From Hyphomicrobiales bacterium (GTDB lineage: Bacteria; Pseudomonadota; Alphaproteobacteria; Micropepsales; Micropepsaceae): DNA of 37,288 nucleotides. Location: assembly GCA_017849395.1 (NCBI GenBank), contig JAFIHO010000192.1:1-37288 (forward strand). The letters run 5' to 3'. The position numbers were made by a program, and so were the translations under genes. Position 1 is the stretch's first letter. Each line of letters starts with the position of its first letter. Shown here in pieces: positions 1 to 9,800 of this stretch. The notes beneath the pieces are model-generated. The model was given only the letters and a program-made list of their open reading frames with translations, had not been told where the DNA came from and did no database searches.

Positions 1-1116
1 CAGCTCGGCACCGGCCATGCCGCCGCAAGCGCCGCCGCCGCTCTCAAGGATTTTTCCGGGGCGGTTGTGATCGCCTATGGTGACAATCCGCTGATGACGC
101 CGGACACGTTCCAATCCTCCTTCGCCGCCGCCGCGAAAACCGGCATGGGTCTGGTCGCCTTCCGGCCGCGCGATCCGGGCGCCTATGGCCGCGTCCTCCT
201 GACGCCGGACGGCCTGTTGGACCGCATCGTCGAATTCAAGGACGCCAGCCCCGCCGAGCGCGCCGTGGATCTGTGCAATGCGGGCGTGCTGGCCACCGAT
301 GCGAAGAAACTGTTCGCCTGGGCCGCCGCCTTGAAAAACGACAATGCCCAGAAGGAATATTACCTGACCGATGTGCCGGCCCTGGCGAAGGCCGAAGGCG
401 TACGCTGCACGATTGCCGTTATCCCGGAAGAAGAGGCGATGGGCGTCAACAGCCGCGCCGAACTCGCCGCCGCCGAAAGCGTGATGCAACAGCGCCTGCG
501 CACCCGCGCCATGATCGCAGGCGTCGGCATGACCGCGCCGGAAACAATTTTCCTGCAACATGACACGGTGCTGGAAGCCGATGTCGAAATCGAACCTTTT
601 GTCGTGTTCGGCCCCGGCGTCCGGGTTGCGTCCGGCGCGCGCATCCGCAGCCATTCGCATCTGGAAGGCGCGGAGGTTTCGGGAGGTGCGATCATCGGTC
701 CGTATGCCCGCCTGCGCCCCGGCGCGAAGATCGGTCCCGATGCCCATATCGGCAATTTCGTAGAGATCAAGAACGCCGTGATCGAAAAGGGCGCAAAGGC
801 CAACCATCTCACCTATCTGGGCGATGCGAAGGTCGGCGCGGGCGCCAATATCGGCGCCGGCACCATCACCTGCAATTATGACGGCTTCACCAAGGCACTG
901 ACCGAAATCGGCGCGGGCGCGTTCATCGGTTCCGACACCGCGCTGGTCGCGCCGGTGAAGGTCGGCGACGGCGCGATCACCGCCGCCGGTTCGGTCATCA
1001 CCCGCGACGTGCCCGCCGACGCGCTGGCCCTGGCGCGCGGACAGCAGACGGAAAAGCCGGGCTGGGCGAAATCCTTCCGGGAACGCCAAAAGGCGAAAAA
1101 GAAGGCAGACAAATAA
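1..1116 (+). CDS. glmU: Bifunctional UDP-N-acetylglucosamine pyrophosphorylase / glucosamine-1-phosphate N-acetyltransferase (5' end outside window)
   Basis: Frame is open from base 1 (QLGTGHAA...). Motifs RIVEFKDA, NAQKEYYLTD, GVNSRAELA, hexapeptide left-handed beta-helix, GNFVEIK, HLTYLGDA, GAGTITCNYDG. Lies directly upstream of glmS. Confidence 0.97.
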   Translation, partial: QLGTGHAAASAAAALKDFSGAVVIAYGDNPLMTPDTFQSSFAAAAKTGMGLVAFRPRDPGAYGRVLLTPDGLLDRIVEFKDASPAERAVDLCNAGVLATDAKKLFAWAAALKNDNAQKEYYLTDVPALAKAEGVRCTIAVIPEEEAMGVNSRAELAAAESVMQQRLRTRAMIAGVGMTAPETIFLQHDTVLEADVEIEPFVVFGPGVRVASGARIRSHSHLEGAEVSGGAIIGPYARLRPGAKIGPDAHIGNFVEIKNAVIEKGAKANHLTYLGDAKVGAGANIGAGTITCNYDGFTKALTEIGAGAFIGSDTALVAPVKVGDGAITAAGSVITRDVPADALALARGQQTEKPGWAKSFRERQKAKKKADK

Positions 1117-1121
1117 CCATC

Positions 1122-1148
1122 CTCATCCTGAGCCTGTCGAAGGATGAG
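1122..1148. repeat. Short intergenic hairpin (REP-like, ...CCTGAGCCTGTCGAAGG... type)
   Basis: CTCATCCT-gagcctgtcga-AGGATGAG is a perfect 8-bp stem between glmU and glmS. It resembles a widespread bacterial palindromic repeat type, but only one copy is in this window. Confidence 0.5.
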
Positions 1149-1164
1149 AGCAGGAGAATAAGAA

Positions 1165-2991
1165 ATGTGCGGCATTGTCGGCATCGCGGGCACGCGCGAA
1201 GTGGCGCCGGTCATCCTGGAGGCGCTGAAGCGCCTGGAATATCGCGGCTATGACTCCGCGGGCATCGCCACCCTGGTCGGCGGCCATATCGAACGCCGCC
1301 GCTCCCCCGGCAAACTGTCCAGACTGGATGCGGTACTGCATGAGCATCCGCTCTCCGGCCATACCGGCATCGGCCACACGCGCTGGGCCACCCATGGCGC
1401 GCCGACCGAAGGCAACGCCCATCCCCATGCCTCGTCCAAGGTCGCGGTGGTGCATAACGGCATCATCGAGAATTTCCGCGAACTGCGCGACGAACTGACC
1501 AGGAAGGGCCACAAATTCTCGTCCGAAACCGACACCGAAGCCGCGGTGCATCTGGTCACCGACTATATGGACAACGGCCTCGCCCCCGCCGAAGCGGCCA
1601 AGACGGCGGTGCGCCGCCTCACCGGCGCCTATTCGCTGGCGATGATCTTCAAGGATCATGAGGGCCTGCTGATCGGCGCGCGCAAGGGCGCGCCCCTGGC
1701 TGTGGGCTATGCCGACAAGGAAGCCTATCTCGGCTCCGACGCTTTCGCGCTCGCGCCTTTCACCAACCGCGTCGCCTATCTGGAAGACGGCGATGTGGTG
1801 GTGATCGACAAGGCACAGGTGTCGATCTTCGACGCCGAAGGCCGCCCCGCCAATCGCGAGATCAAGATCACCGCCGCCTCCGCCGCGCTGGTGGACAAGG
1901 CGGGCCACAGCCATTTCATGGCCAAGGAAATCCATGAGCAGCCCGAAGTGGGGGGCCACACGCTGGCGCATGATCTCGATCCGGCGGGCCCGGTCGTGCG
2001 CCGCCTCGGCGTCGGCCTGCGCGAGGCGCTGGCGAAAGCGTCGCGCGTGACCATCTCGGCCTGCGGCACCGCCTATTACGCGGGCATGGTCGGCAAATAC
2101 TGGTTCGAAAAGCTGGGTCGCGTCGCGGTGGAAACCGATGTCGCCTCCGAACTGCGCTACCGCAATCCGGTCTATCCGAAGGATGGCGTGGCGCTGTTCG
2201 TGTCCCAGTCCGGCGAAACGGCGGACACGCTCGCCGCGCTGCGCGATGCCAAGGCGCAAGGGCAAACAACCATCGCGGTGGTGAATGTCTCCGAAAGCTC
2301 CATCGCGCGCGAAGCAGACATCGTGCTGCCGACCTATGCGGGCCCGGAAATCGGCGTCGCTTCCACCAAGGCTTTCACCTGCCAGCTCGCCGCGCTGGCC
2401 AGCTTCGCCATCGCGGCCGGCCAGGCGCGCGGCAATCTGCGCGAGGTCGATGAACAGCGCCTGTGCGCGTCATTGCTGGAAACGCCGCGCCACATCGCTG
2501 AATTCCTCAAGCGCGAAGCCCAGGTCAAGGCGCTGGGCGAGGAGATCGCCAAGGCGCGCGACGTTCTCTATATGGGCCGCGGCGCATCCTATCCGCTGGC
2601 GCTGGAAGGCGCGCTGAAGCTGAAGGAGATCAGCTACATCCACGCCGAAGGCTATGCCGCGGGCGAAATGAAGCACGGCCCCATCGCGCTTATTGATGAG
2701 GCGGTGCCGATCATCGTGATCGCCCCCCACGACGTGCATTTCGAAAAGACCATCTCCAACATGCAGGAAGTGATGGCGCGCGGCGGCAAGGTCCTGCTGA
2801 TCTCCGACGCCGAAGGCATCTCCAAGGCGGGCAAGGTCTGGGCCAGCATCGAAGTGCCCACGACAAACGCCTTCATAACCCCGATCCTCTACGCCATCCC
2901 GGTGCAGCTGCTCGCCTACTACGCCGCCTTGGCGAAAGGCACCGACGTAGACCAGCCCCGCAACCTGGCAAAGAGCGTGACGGTGGAATAG
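1165..2991 (+). CDS. glmS: Glutamine--fructose-6-phosphate transaminase (isomerizing)
   Basis: N-terminal MCGIVG, LEYRGYDSAG, GHTRWATHG, SQSGETADT, GVASTKAFT, C-terminal DQPRNLAKSVTVE. RBS AGGAGA upstream. Confidence 0.99.
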   Translation: MCGIVGIAGTREVAPVILEALKRLEYRGYDSAGIATLVGGHIERRRSPGKLSRLDAVLHEHPLSGHTGIGHTRWATHGAPTEGNAHPHASSKVAVVHNGIIENFRELRDELTRKGHKFSSETDTEAAVHLVTDYMDNGLAPAEAAKTAVRRLTGAYSLAMIFKDHEGLLIGARKGAPLAVGYADKEAYLGSDAFALAPFTNRVAYLEDGDVVVIDKAQVSIFDAEGRPANREIKITAASAALVDKAGHSHFMAKEIHEQPEVGGHTLAHDLDPAGPVVRRLGVGLREALAKASRVTISACGTAYYAGMVGKYWFEKLGRVAVETDVASELRYRNPVYPKDGVALFVSQSGETADTLAALRDAKAQGQTTIAVVNVSESSIAREADIVLPTYAGPEIGVASTKAFTCQLAALASFAIAAGQARGNLREVDEQRLCASLLETPRHIAEFLKREAQVKALGEEIAKARDVLYMGRGASYPLALEGALKLKEISYIHAEGYAAGEMKHGPIALIDEAVPIIVIAPHDVHFEKTISNMQEVMARGGKVLLISDAEGISKAGKVWASIEVPTTNAFITPILYAIPVQLLAYYAALAKGTDVDQPRNLAKSVTVE

Positions 2992-3833
2992 TGCGAGTGA
3001 TATTCAGCCGGAAAGGTTTTGATAGCAAGGCTGGAGGCTGTCCTAGTCCTATCATCGACGGGAGACTGGTATCTCTACCGATACCAACGGAGCGTTATCC
3101 CTCGTGCAAACGCTATTGCGACATGAATGGTGGGTATGGCGAGTTGGTATCGGAATTGACCCGGGGACGCATTGCTGCAACGGAATTTTGTCATCTTGAT
3201 CCTGATATATACTGCGATGTTTTGGATCGAAAGCCCGGTTGGCGAGGAGCGTTCGGTCAATCTGGTGGTCAACTTTCGCATCTGGAGAACGCAGGGGTCA
3301 CAATAGGCGATCTTTTCCTTTTCTTTGGGATGTTCCAGCCGGTAGAGCGAGATTTTGCGTGGCGGTTTTGTGGTAAGCCGCAGCACTGGATATTCGGATG
3401 GCTCCAGGTGGGTGATATTTTACGCCCCGCTAGAGTGGAGGACACTGCGAGCTATGCTTGGCTTTCTGATCATCCTCACGCTCAGGCAGCTTGGATAAGC
3501 GACCCAAAGCTTGGAAGTTTAAACGCAATATATATCGCAGCTGAAAGCTTGACAGTGTCGGGGGTGCGATCGTCGAAAAGCGGTTCTGGTGTTTTTCGCC
3601 AAGGGCATCGACTTACTGCGGAAGGTAAGACGGCCAGCATTTGGACAGCCCCAGCTTGGCTGAATCCCAAACTTGATGGGGTAGGTATGACATACCATGG
3701 CAAAGACAACAGATGGTCAGCAGAGGGATTGGTTAGCACTACTGCACCGGGTCAAGATTTCGTCGCGGATATTGAACCGAAACGCCAGGAGGCAGAGCAA
3801 TGGCTTGCAAACCTTTTCAATCAGTATAATTGA
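2991..3833 (+). CDS. Nmad3-like (nucleotide modification associated domain 3) protein, low GC, probably horizontally acquired
   Basis: Motifs IFSRKGFDSxxGGxPSPI, LVSLPIP, HLDPD, GAFGQ, HLxNxGVxxGDLFLFFGxF, HWIFGWLQV, HPH and GQ(D/E)FV match my recollection of Nmad3. About 50% GC versus the mid-60s in the flanks. The GTG start overlaps the glmS TAG by 1 nt. Confidence 0.8.
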   Translation: MRVIFSRKGFDSKAGGCPSPIIDGRLVSLPIPTERYPSCKRYCDMNGGYGELVSELTRGRIAATEFCHLDPDIYCDVLDRKPGWRGAFGQSGGQLSHLENAGVTIGDLFLFFGMFQPVERDFAWRFCGKPQHWIFGWLQVGDILRPARVEDTASYAWLSDHPHAQAAWISDPKLGSLNAIYIAAESLTVSGVRSSKSGSGVFRQGHRLTAEGKTASIWTAPAWLNPKLDGVGMTYHGKDNRWSAEGLVSTTAPGQDFVADIEPKRQEAEQWLANLFNQYN

Positions 3834-3878
3834 AGCCTCGCGTTTCATCTTCAATCACTGATCTTTTGAAGTACCTCA

Positions 3879-4583
3879 ATGACCGACCAGAACGCCCTCA
3901 AACGCGCCGTCGCCGCCAAGGCCCTCGACTATGTCGTGGACGGGATGAAGCTGGGCCTCGGCTCCGGCTCGACCGCGGAAATCTTTGTCGAACTGCTCGC
4001 TCCAAGAGTTCGTGGCGGCCAGACGCTGCTCTGTGTGCCGACTTCCGAACGCACCGCCGCCCTGGCGCGCAAGCTGGGCATCACGCTGTCGTCGCTCGAC
4101 GATCTCGCCCCCCTCGACCTCACTGTTGATGGCGCGGACGAAGCCGACCGCAATCTCGACCTCATAAAGGGCGGCGGCGGCATGCTGCTGCGCGAGAAGA
4201 TCGTCGCCGCCGCGTCCAAGAAAATGATCGTCATCGCGGACGAATCCAAACTCGTCCCCCGCCTGGGAAAATTCCCCTTGCCGGTAGAGGTGATCGAGTT
4301 CGGCCACCAGGCCACGGCTGCCCATATGGCCGAAGCCATCGCCGCGCTCGGCTATCGCGGCGTGACCATGACAGTGCGCCAGCGCGATGGCGCGCCGTTC
4401 AAGACGGACAGCGGCAACCTGATCTATGACTGCGCGTTTGACGCCATTACCAGCGCGCCCATCCTGGCCGACGCCCTCAACGCCATTCCCGGCGTGGTGG
4501 AACACGGCCTGTTCATAGGCATCGCGACGACGCTGCTGATCGCGGGTCCGGGCGACATCGAGGTCATTGAAGCGGCAGGATGA
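3879..4583 (+). CDS. rpiA: Ribose-5-phosphate isomerase A
   Basis: GLGSGST, DGADE, IKGGGG..LREKIVA, LPVEV, TDSGN and GVVEHGLF motifs. Confidence 0.97.
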   Translation: MTDQNALKRAVAAKALDYVVDGMKLGLGSGSTAEIFVELLAPRVRGGQTLLCVPTSERTAALARKLGITLSSLDDLAPLDLTVDGADEADRNLDLIKGGGGMLLREKIVAAASKKMIVIADESKLVPRLGKFPLPVEVIEFGHQATAAHMAEAIAALGYRGVTMTVRQRDGAPFKTDSGNLIYDCAFDAITSAPILADALNAIPGVVEHGLFIGIATTLLIAGPGDIEVIEAAG

Positions 4584-5730
4584 TGCGCCACAGGCTGCGC
4601 AACAGCCGTATCGAAAATCCCGGCCGCCGCTCCGGCGTGACATACAGCATATAGCGTCCCGCCGCGCAGGCCTGTGCATCCTCGCATTCCAGCGTGCCGC
4701 GCCCATTGCGCCGCAGCCGTTGCTCCGCCGTCAGCCCCGTCACCACGCCTTCCATGTCGTCGGTCATCTCATAGGCCAGCGAGAAATAGCCATGCCCCGC
4801 CCGGTCGCCCGGCGCCTGGCTGGCATCGATCACATCGACACGCATCTGCGGCCCGCGCGACGCATACTGCAAAGCCGCGTGCGGCTTTTCCCCGGCGCGC
4901 GGTATGCCGCCATGACGGCGCTGCGATCCGGCCAGCGCCGTGTCATTGTCCGAGACATAAACGGTGGCGCGCCCCACACAGGGCGCGACCTGGCTTAGAA
5001 AGCGCCCGAAATCGTCATTGCCGGGCTGCGCATTCACGTCCGGCGCCGCCAGCACCAGTTCGTCCGCCAGCCGCAGCGGCGCGTCGCGGCAGGTGCGGCC
5101 CAATGCACTCAACACGATGCGCGCGCCGATGCTGTGCCCCATCACCGCCAGCTTCATGTCCCGGCCCGCCGTCTTCAGCAGCGCCGCCACCTGCGGCACG
5201 GCATAACCGCTGCGCTCGATATCGGCGACATAGCGGTTGAATCGGCCTTCGCTGCTCCAGCTGAACAGCAGCACCGGACAGCGCCAATGCATGTCCGCCG
5301 CAAGCTGGCCGGACCGCAGCACCGTGTTGCGGAACACCGCGTTATAGCCATGCACCATCACCAGCAGCCGGTCGCAATTGGCCGCCCGCGCCGTATCCGC
5401 GATCCTGCGCACAAAGTCATCCAGCGCGGCGGGCGCGTCGCAGGACTGGGCCGGTTCCGTGCCCGGCGCCAGGTCATAGCCATGCTGTGTTCCAAGGGTC
5501 AGGACGGCACGCCCGCAACTCAGGCTGGCCCCCCAGGTAAGGCCGAAGCCCGCGCCATCCGGCTGGCGGTCGGTGACATAAAACAGGGCGGGGCCGCGCG
5601 CCGCGCCGGGCAGCGGGCGCAGCGGCCAGAACTCATCCTGTCGCAATGATTCCGAATAGGTGCAGGCCGACAACAGCGCCGCCAAAAGCAACACTGCCAT
5701 GCGCGGCAACCATCGTCCTGTCGTCCGCAT
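4564..5730 (-). CDS. DUF900-type alpha/beta hydrolase (esterase/lipase-like), probable lipoprotein
   Basis: Lipobox LSAC after a hydrophobic stretch; FYVTDR, VHGYN, FSWSS, nucleophile GHSIG, LAAPDV, SDNDTAL, GHGYF. The 3' end overlaps rpiA by 20 nt. Start could be 5700 (MAVLL). Confidence 0.8.
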   Translation of the reverse strand: MRTTGRWLPRMAVLLLAALLSACTYSESLRQDEFWPLRPLPGAARGPALFYVTDRQPDGAGFGLTWGASLSCGRAVLTLGTQHGYDLAPGTEPAQSCDAPAALDDFVRRIADTARAANCDRLLVMVHGYNAVFRNTVLRSGQLAADMHWRCPVLLFSWSSEGRFNRYVADIERSGYAVPQVAALLKTAGRDMKLAVMGHSIGARIVLSALGRTCRDAPLRLADELVLAAPDVNAQPGNDDFGRFLSQVAPCVGRATVYVSDNDTALAGSQRRHGGIPRAGEKPHAALQYASRGPQMRVDVIDASQAPGDRAGHGYFSLAYEMTDDMEGVVTGLTAEQRLRRNGRGTLECEDAQACAAGRYMLYVTPERRPGFSIRLLRSLWRIILPLQ

Positions 5731-5778
5731 TGTCCCCCGGCTGTCCCTCGGCTAAAGCGTTATAGCGCAGGTGGTGAC

Positions 5779-7176
5779 ATGGCAAAATTCGATTACGACC
5801 TTTTTGTTATCGGCGGCGGTTCGGGCGGCGTGCGCGCCAGCCGCATGGCCGCGATGACCGGCGCGAAAGTCGCGCTGGCCGAGGAATATCGCATGGGCGG
5901 CACCTGCGTGATCCGCGGCTGCATTCCCAAGAAGCTGCTGGTCTATGCCAGCCAGTTCCGCGAGAATGTGCTGGATTCCGCGGGCTATGGCTGGTCCTTC
6001 GGCGATTGCAAGTTCGACTGGCCCACCTTCATCGCCAACAAGGACCGCGAGATCGCGCGCCTCGAAGCCATCTACACAAAGAATGTGAAGGCGGCGGGCG
6101 TGGAAATCATCGCCGACCGCGCCGTGTTCGAGGATGAACACACGCTGCGCCTGCTCAACAGCAACCGCACCGTCACGGCCGACAAAATCCTGATCGCCAC
6201 GGGCAACACGCCGACCCGTGAAATGGGCACCAGCCGCCCCATCCCCGGCGGCGAACTCTGCATCACCTCGAACGAGGCGTTCCATCTAGACCGCCTGCCG
6301 CCGCGCATCCTGATCGCGGGCGGCGGCTATATCGCGCTGGAATTCGCGCACATCTTCCACGGCCTGGGCAGCCATGTGTCGCTGGTCTATCGCGGGGAAA
6401 AACCGCTCAAGGGTTTCGATGACGATCTGCGCGACGCCCTGCTCGCGTCCATGCAGCAGCGCGGGTTGGAAGTGCTGCTCGGCTGCGAATTCACCAGCGT
6501 CGAAAAGCGCGGCAGCGGCCTGCACGCCGAAACCAACAAGGGCGGTCAGATCGACTGCGACGAGATCATGCTCGCCATCGGCCGCCAGCCCAACACGCTG
6601 GCGCTGCATGTCGAAAAGGCAGGCGTCGAACTGGGCAAAAAAGGCGAGGTGAAGGTGGATGACTATTCCCGCACCACCGCGCCGCATATCTATGCCGTGG
6701 GCGATGTCACCGACCGGCTGCAACTGACGCCCGTGGCGATCCATGAGGCGATGTGTTTCATCGAGACGGCCTTCAGGGATAATCCCACAAAGCCCGACCA
6801 CCACAATGTCGCCAGCGCGGTCTTCACCACGCCGGAAGTCGCCACGGTCGGTCTCTCGGAACAGAAGGCGCTGCTGATGGGCCACAGCGTGGACATCTAC
6901 AAATCCACCTTCCGACCGCTGCTGCACACACTGGGCGGACGCGAAGTGCGCACCCTGATGAAGATGGTGGTGGACGCGAAGACGGGAAAGGTGCTGGGCG
7001 TCCACATCTTCGGCGACCACGCGGCCGAAATCATCCAGATCGCCGCCGTGGCGGTCAAAATGGGCGCAACCAAAAAGGACTTCGATTCCACAGTCGCCTT
7101 GCACCCCACCGCCGCCGAGGAACTGGTGACGATGCGGACAAAGAGCTATTCGAAGACGCCGGGGACGCCCGGCTGA
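5779..7176 (+). CDS. gor: Glutathione-disulfide reductase
   Basis: [19 protein letters not shown] redox-active disulfide, [23 protein letters not shown]. Confidence 0.96.
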   Translation: MAKFDYDLFVIGGGSGGVRASRMAAMTGAKVALAEEYRMGGTCVIRGCIPKKLLVYASQFRENVLDSAGYGWSFGDCKFDWPTFIANKDREIARLEAIYTKNVKAAGVEIIADRAVFEDEHTLRLLNSNRTVTADKILIATGNTPTREMGTSRPIPGGELCITSNEAFHLDRLPPRILIAGGGYIALEFAHIFHGLGSHVSLVYRGEKPLKGFDDDLRDALLASMQQRGLEVLLGCEFTSVEKRGSGLHAETNKGGQIDCDEIMLAIGRQPNTLALHVEKAGVELGKKGEVKVDDYSRTTAPHIYAVGDVTDRLQLTPVAIHEAMCFIETAFRDNPTKPDHHNVASAVFTTPEVATVGLSEQKALLMGHSVDIYKSTFRPLLHTLGGREVRTLMKMVVDAKTGKVLGVHIFGDHAAEIIQIAAVAVKMGATKKDFDSTVALHPTAAEELVTMRTKSYSKTPGTPG

Positions 7177-7330
7177 CCAGTGCGCCGATGGCTCGCATCA
7201 GGGCAAATCCCGATGCCCGCCAACCCCTTGCACAGCCTGCATTTCCTTTTCGTTCACCCCCGCTTTAGCCCGTTCTGGTAATCTGCCGTCCAATCTCCTA
7301 TATCCACCGCAAATCTATGGAGTTATTGGC

Positions 7331-8710
7331 GTGGCCTCTACCTGGTCCCCGCAAAGCTGGCAGGAAAAGCCCGCGCGTCAGATGCCGGAATATCCGGACA
7401 AGGCGGCGCTGGACAATGTGCTGGCGCGGCTGAAATCCCACCCCCCGCTGGTGTTCGCCGGCGAGGCGCGCAACCTTCAGGCCGCGCTCGGCCAGGTCGC
7501 AGAGGGCAAGGCGTTTTTGCTCCAGGGCGGCGATTGCGCCGAAAGCTTCGCCGAATTCCACCCCGACAATATCCGCGACACCTTCCGGGTGCTGCTGCAG
7601 ATGGCGGTGGTGCTCACCTTCGCCGCGGGCGTGCCGGTGGTGAAGGTTGGCCGCATCGCGGGCCAGTTCGCCAAGCCGCGCTCCGACGATTTTGAAACGC
7701 GGGACGGCGTCACCCTGCCGTCCTATCGCGGCGACAATATCAATGGCGGCGAATTCACGCCGGAAGCGCGCATCCCCGATCCGCAGCGCCTGCTCCAGGC
7801 CACGGCGCAATCCGCCGCGACCCTCAACCTGCTGCGCGCCTTTGCGCAGGGCGGCTATGCAGACCTGCACAATGTCCATCGTTGGACGCTGGGCTTCATA
7901 GCGGACTCGCCGGCCAGCGAAAAATACAAGGGTCTCGCACAACGCATCTCCGAAACGCTGGAGTTCATGGCGGCGTGCGGCATCACCACGGAATCCGTGC
8001 CTCAGACGCCGGCCACCGAGATCTACACCAGCCATGAGGCGCTGCTGCTGCCTTACGAACAGGCGATGACACGCGTCGATTCCACCAGCGGCGACTGGTA
8101 CGACACCAGCGCGCACATGCTGTGGATCGGCGACCGCACCCGTCAGGCCGATGGCGCGCATGTGGAATTCATGCGCGGGATCAAGAACCCCATCGGCCTG
8201 AAATGCGGTCCCAGCCTGGACCCGGACGATCTGCTGCGGCTCATCAATATCCTGAACCCGCAGAACATCCCCGGCCGCCTGACCCTGATCGCCCGCTTCG
8301 GCGCCGACAAGATCGCGGAAAAAATGCCCGCCCTGGTGCGCGCGGTGAAACGCGAAGGCGCCAAGGTGGTGTGGTCGTCCGATCCGATGCACGGCAACAC
8401 GATCAAGCTGAAGTCGGGCTACAAGACGCGGCCGGTGGAGCGTGTGCTGGAAGAAGTGCGCAGCTTCTTCGCCATTCACCGCGCCGAAGGCACCCATGCG
8501 GGCGGCGTGCATTTCGAAATGACCGGCCAGGACGTCACCGAATGTCTGGGCGGCGCGCAGGCAATCAAGGAACTGGATCTCGGCGCGCGTTATCAGACGG
8601 CCTGCGATCCCCGGCTGAACGCAAGTCAGGCGCTCGAACTGGCCTTCCTCATCGCGGAAGGCATCCGGGACGAACGCATGAAGGATGCGGGGCTCGCCGC
8701 CTCGGCGTAG
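7331..8710 (+). CDS. Class II 3-deoxy-7-phosphoheptulonate (DAHP) synthase
   Basis: [59 protein letters not shown]. Confidence 0.96.
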   Translation: MASTWSPQSWQEKPARQMPEYPDKAALDNVLARLKSHPPLVFAGEARNLQAALGQVAEGKAFLLQGGDCAESFAEFHPDNIRDTFRVLLQMAVVLTFAAGVPVVKVGRIAGQFAKPRSDDFETRDGVTLPSYRGDNINGGEFTPEARIPDPQRLLQATAQSAATLNLLRAFAQGGYADLHNVHRWTLGFIADSPASEKYKGLAQRISETLEFMAACGITTESVPQTPATEIYTSHEALLLPYEQAMTRVDSTSGDWYDTSAHMLWIGDRTRQADGAHVEFMRGIKNPIGLKCGPSLDPDDLLRLINILNPQNIPGRLTLIARFGADKIAEKMPALVRAVKREGAKVVWSSDPMHGNTIKLKSGYKTRPVERVLEEVRSFFAIHRAEGTHAGGVHFEMTGQDVTECLGGAQAIKELDLGARYQTACDPRLNASQALELAFLIAEGIRDERMKDAGLAASA

Positions 8711-8810
8711 GTTTCCTCCGTCGCGCCAAGGCGGGCTTCGCGCGCGACGGGCCCGCCGCGACTGAGCGAAACGAATAACAAAACCCGCCGCGCGCGGCCA
8801 ACGGGGAAAC

Positions 8811-9560
8811 ATGGGCATCGCGCGTCTGCTTGCGAAGGGCTGGATCGTGTTCTGCCTGTTCGCGGGCGGCCATGCGCTCAATATCGCCCTGGCGCGGGGA
8901 TTCCCACTCGGCCCCTCCCTGTTCGAAATCGGCGTCTGCGTCCTTCTGTTCGCGGCCATGGGCCTGCTGTTCATCGGCGGCTTCGGCGCGGCGGCGGGAT
9001 TTTCCGGCGGGTCACTGTCGGAACGGCTGTCCCCGGCGCAACTGGTCCCGTCCTTCGATGAAGTCGTGTTCCTGGCCTTTGTGCTGCTCAGCTTCCTCAA
9101 CCAGGTGCTGGTCGCGCCCCAGGCGATGGAACGGGGCGGGGCAGGGGCACTGGAGCGGGCTATCCATTTCCTGGTTCCCGGCCAGCGCGCGCTGGTGCAG
9201 GCGCTGAGTGGATGCAGCATGGATGGCGGGCGGGTGTTCGCTGCCAGCTTCGCCTGGCTGCTGGCGATCGTCTTTCTGGCCTCGGCCTGCTCCCGGCTCA
9301 ACCTCACGGCGGGCATTATCCGGCTGGAGGCGGCGCGGCGGCCGCCGCTGCTGGGACCCACCCTGCGCGCCTTCCTGCTGGGGTTGGTGGCGGTGGTCGG
9401 CATCCAGTTCCTGTTCGTGGGTTCCGCCTATCCCTGGCTGATGTGCAGCGCCTTCACCGATATCAGCGGCGCGCTGCTGATCGGGCTGGCCCCGCTGATG
9501 CTGGCCTATCTGATCGTCGCCGCCCTGGCCTCGCTGCTGGCAAGCTCGCCGGAAAAATGA
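8811..9560 (+). CDS. Hypothetical integral membrane protein (about 6 TM segments)
   Basis: Multiple long hydrophobic stretches, host-like codon usage, GGGGAAAC-ATG start. No recognised family. Confidence 0.7.
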   Translation: MGIARLLAKGWIVFCLFAGGHALNIALARGFPLGPSLFEIGVCVLLFAAMGLLFIGGFGAAAGFSGGSLSERLSPAQLVPSFDEVVFLAFVLLSFLNQVLVAPQAMERGGAGALERAIHFLVPGQRALVQALSGCSMDGGRVFAASFAWLLAIVFLASACSRLNLTAGIIRLEAARRPPLLGPTLRAFLLGLVAVVGIQFLFVGSAYPWLMCSAFTDISGALLIGLAPLMLAYLIVAALASLLASSPEK

Positions 9561-9800
9561 CCCCGCACTCGACTCGCGGGGACCGGCGTCTGCCGTTCCC
9601 AGAGCGCGGCCACCCGCATATTGCAGTGCAGCGATAACAAAGTGCCGCCAAATGTTTCAGAGACGCAGAATTAATGCAACAAAATCAAATACATATTTCA
9701 AGTGCGGCAGCCATGTAACATGAGGAAATATTTTATCAGTGGTGGTTACTGCTGCCCCAAGCCTTAATCCCCACCGTCTGTAAGCCGATAGGGGCTCTGT

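Noticed and set aside
2950-3030. Tn7 element inserted at attTn7
   Set aside because: No TGT...ACA ends, TnsB-site repeats, 5-bp target duplication or tns genes. The foreign DNA starts at the stop codon rather than about 25 nt downstream.
7298-9403. 701-aa minus-strand ORF and many other long antisense ORFs (e.g. 1123-2265, 12613-13941, 33619-35202)
   Set aside because: They are shadows of well-supported genes on the opposite strand, expected in high-GC DNA, and show no recognisable motifs.
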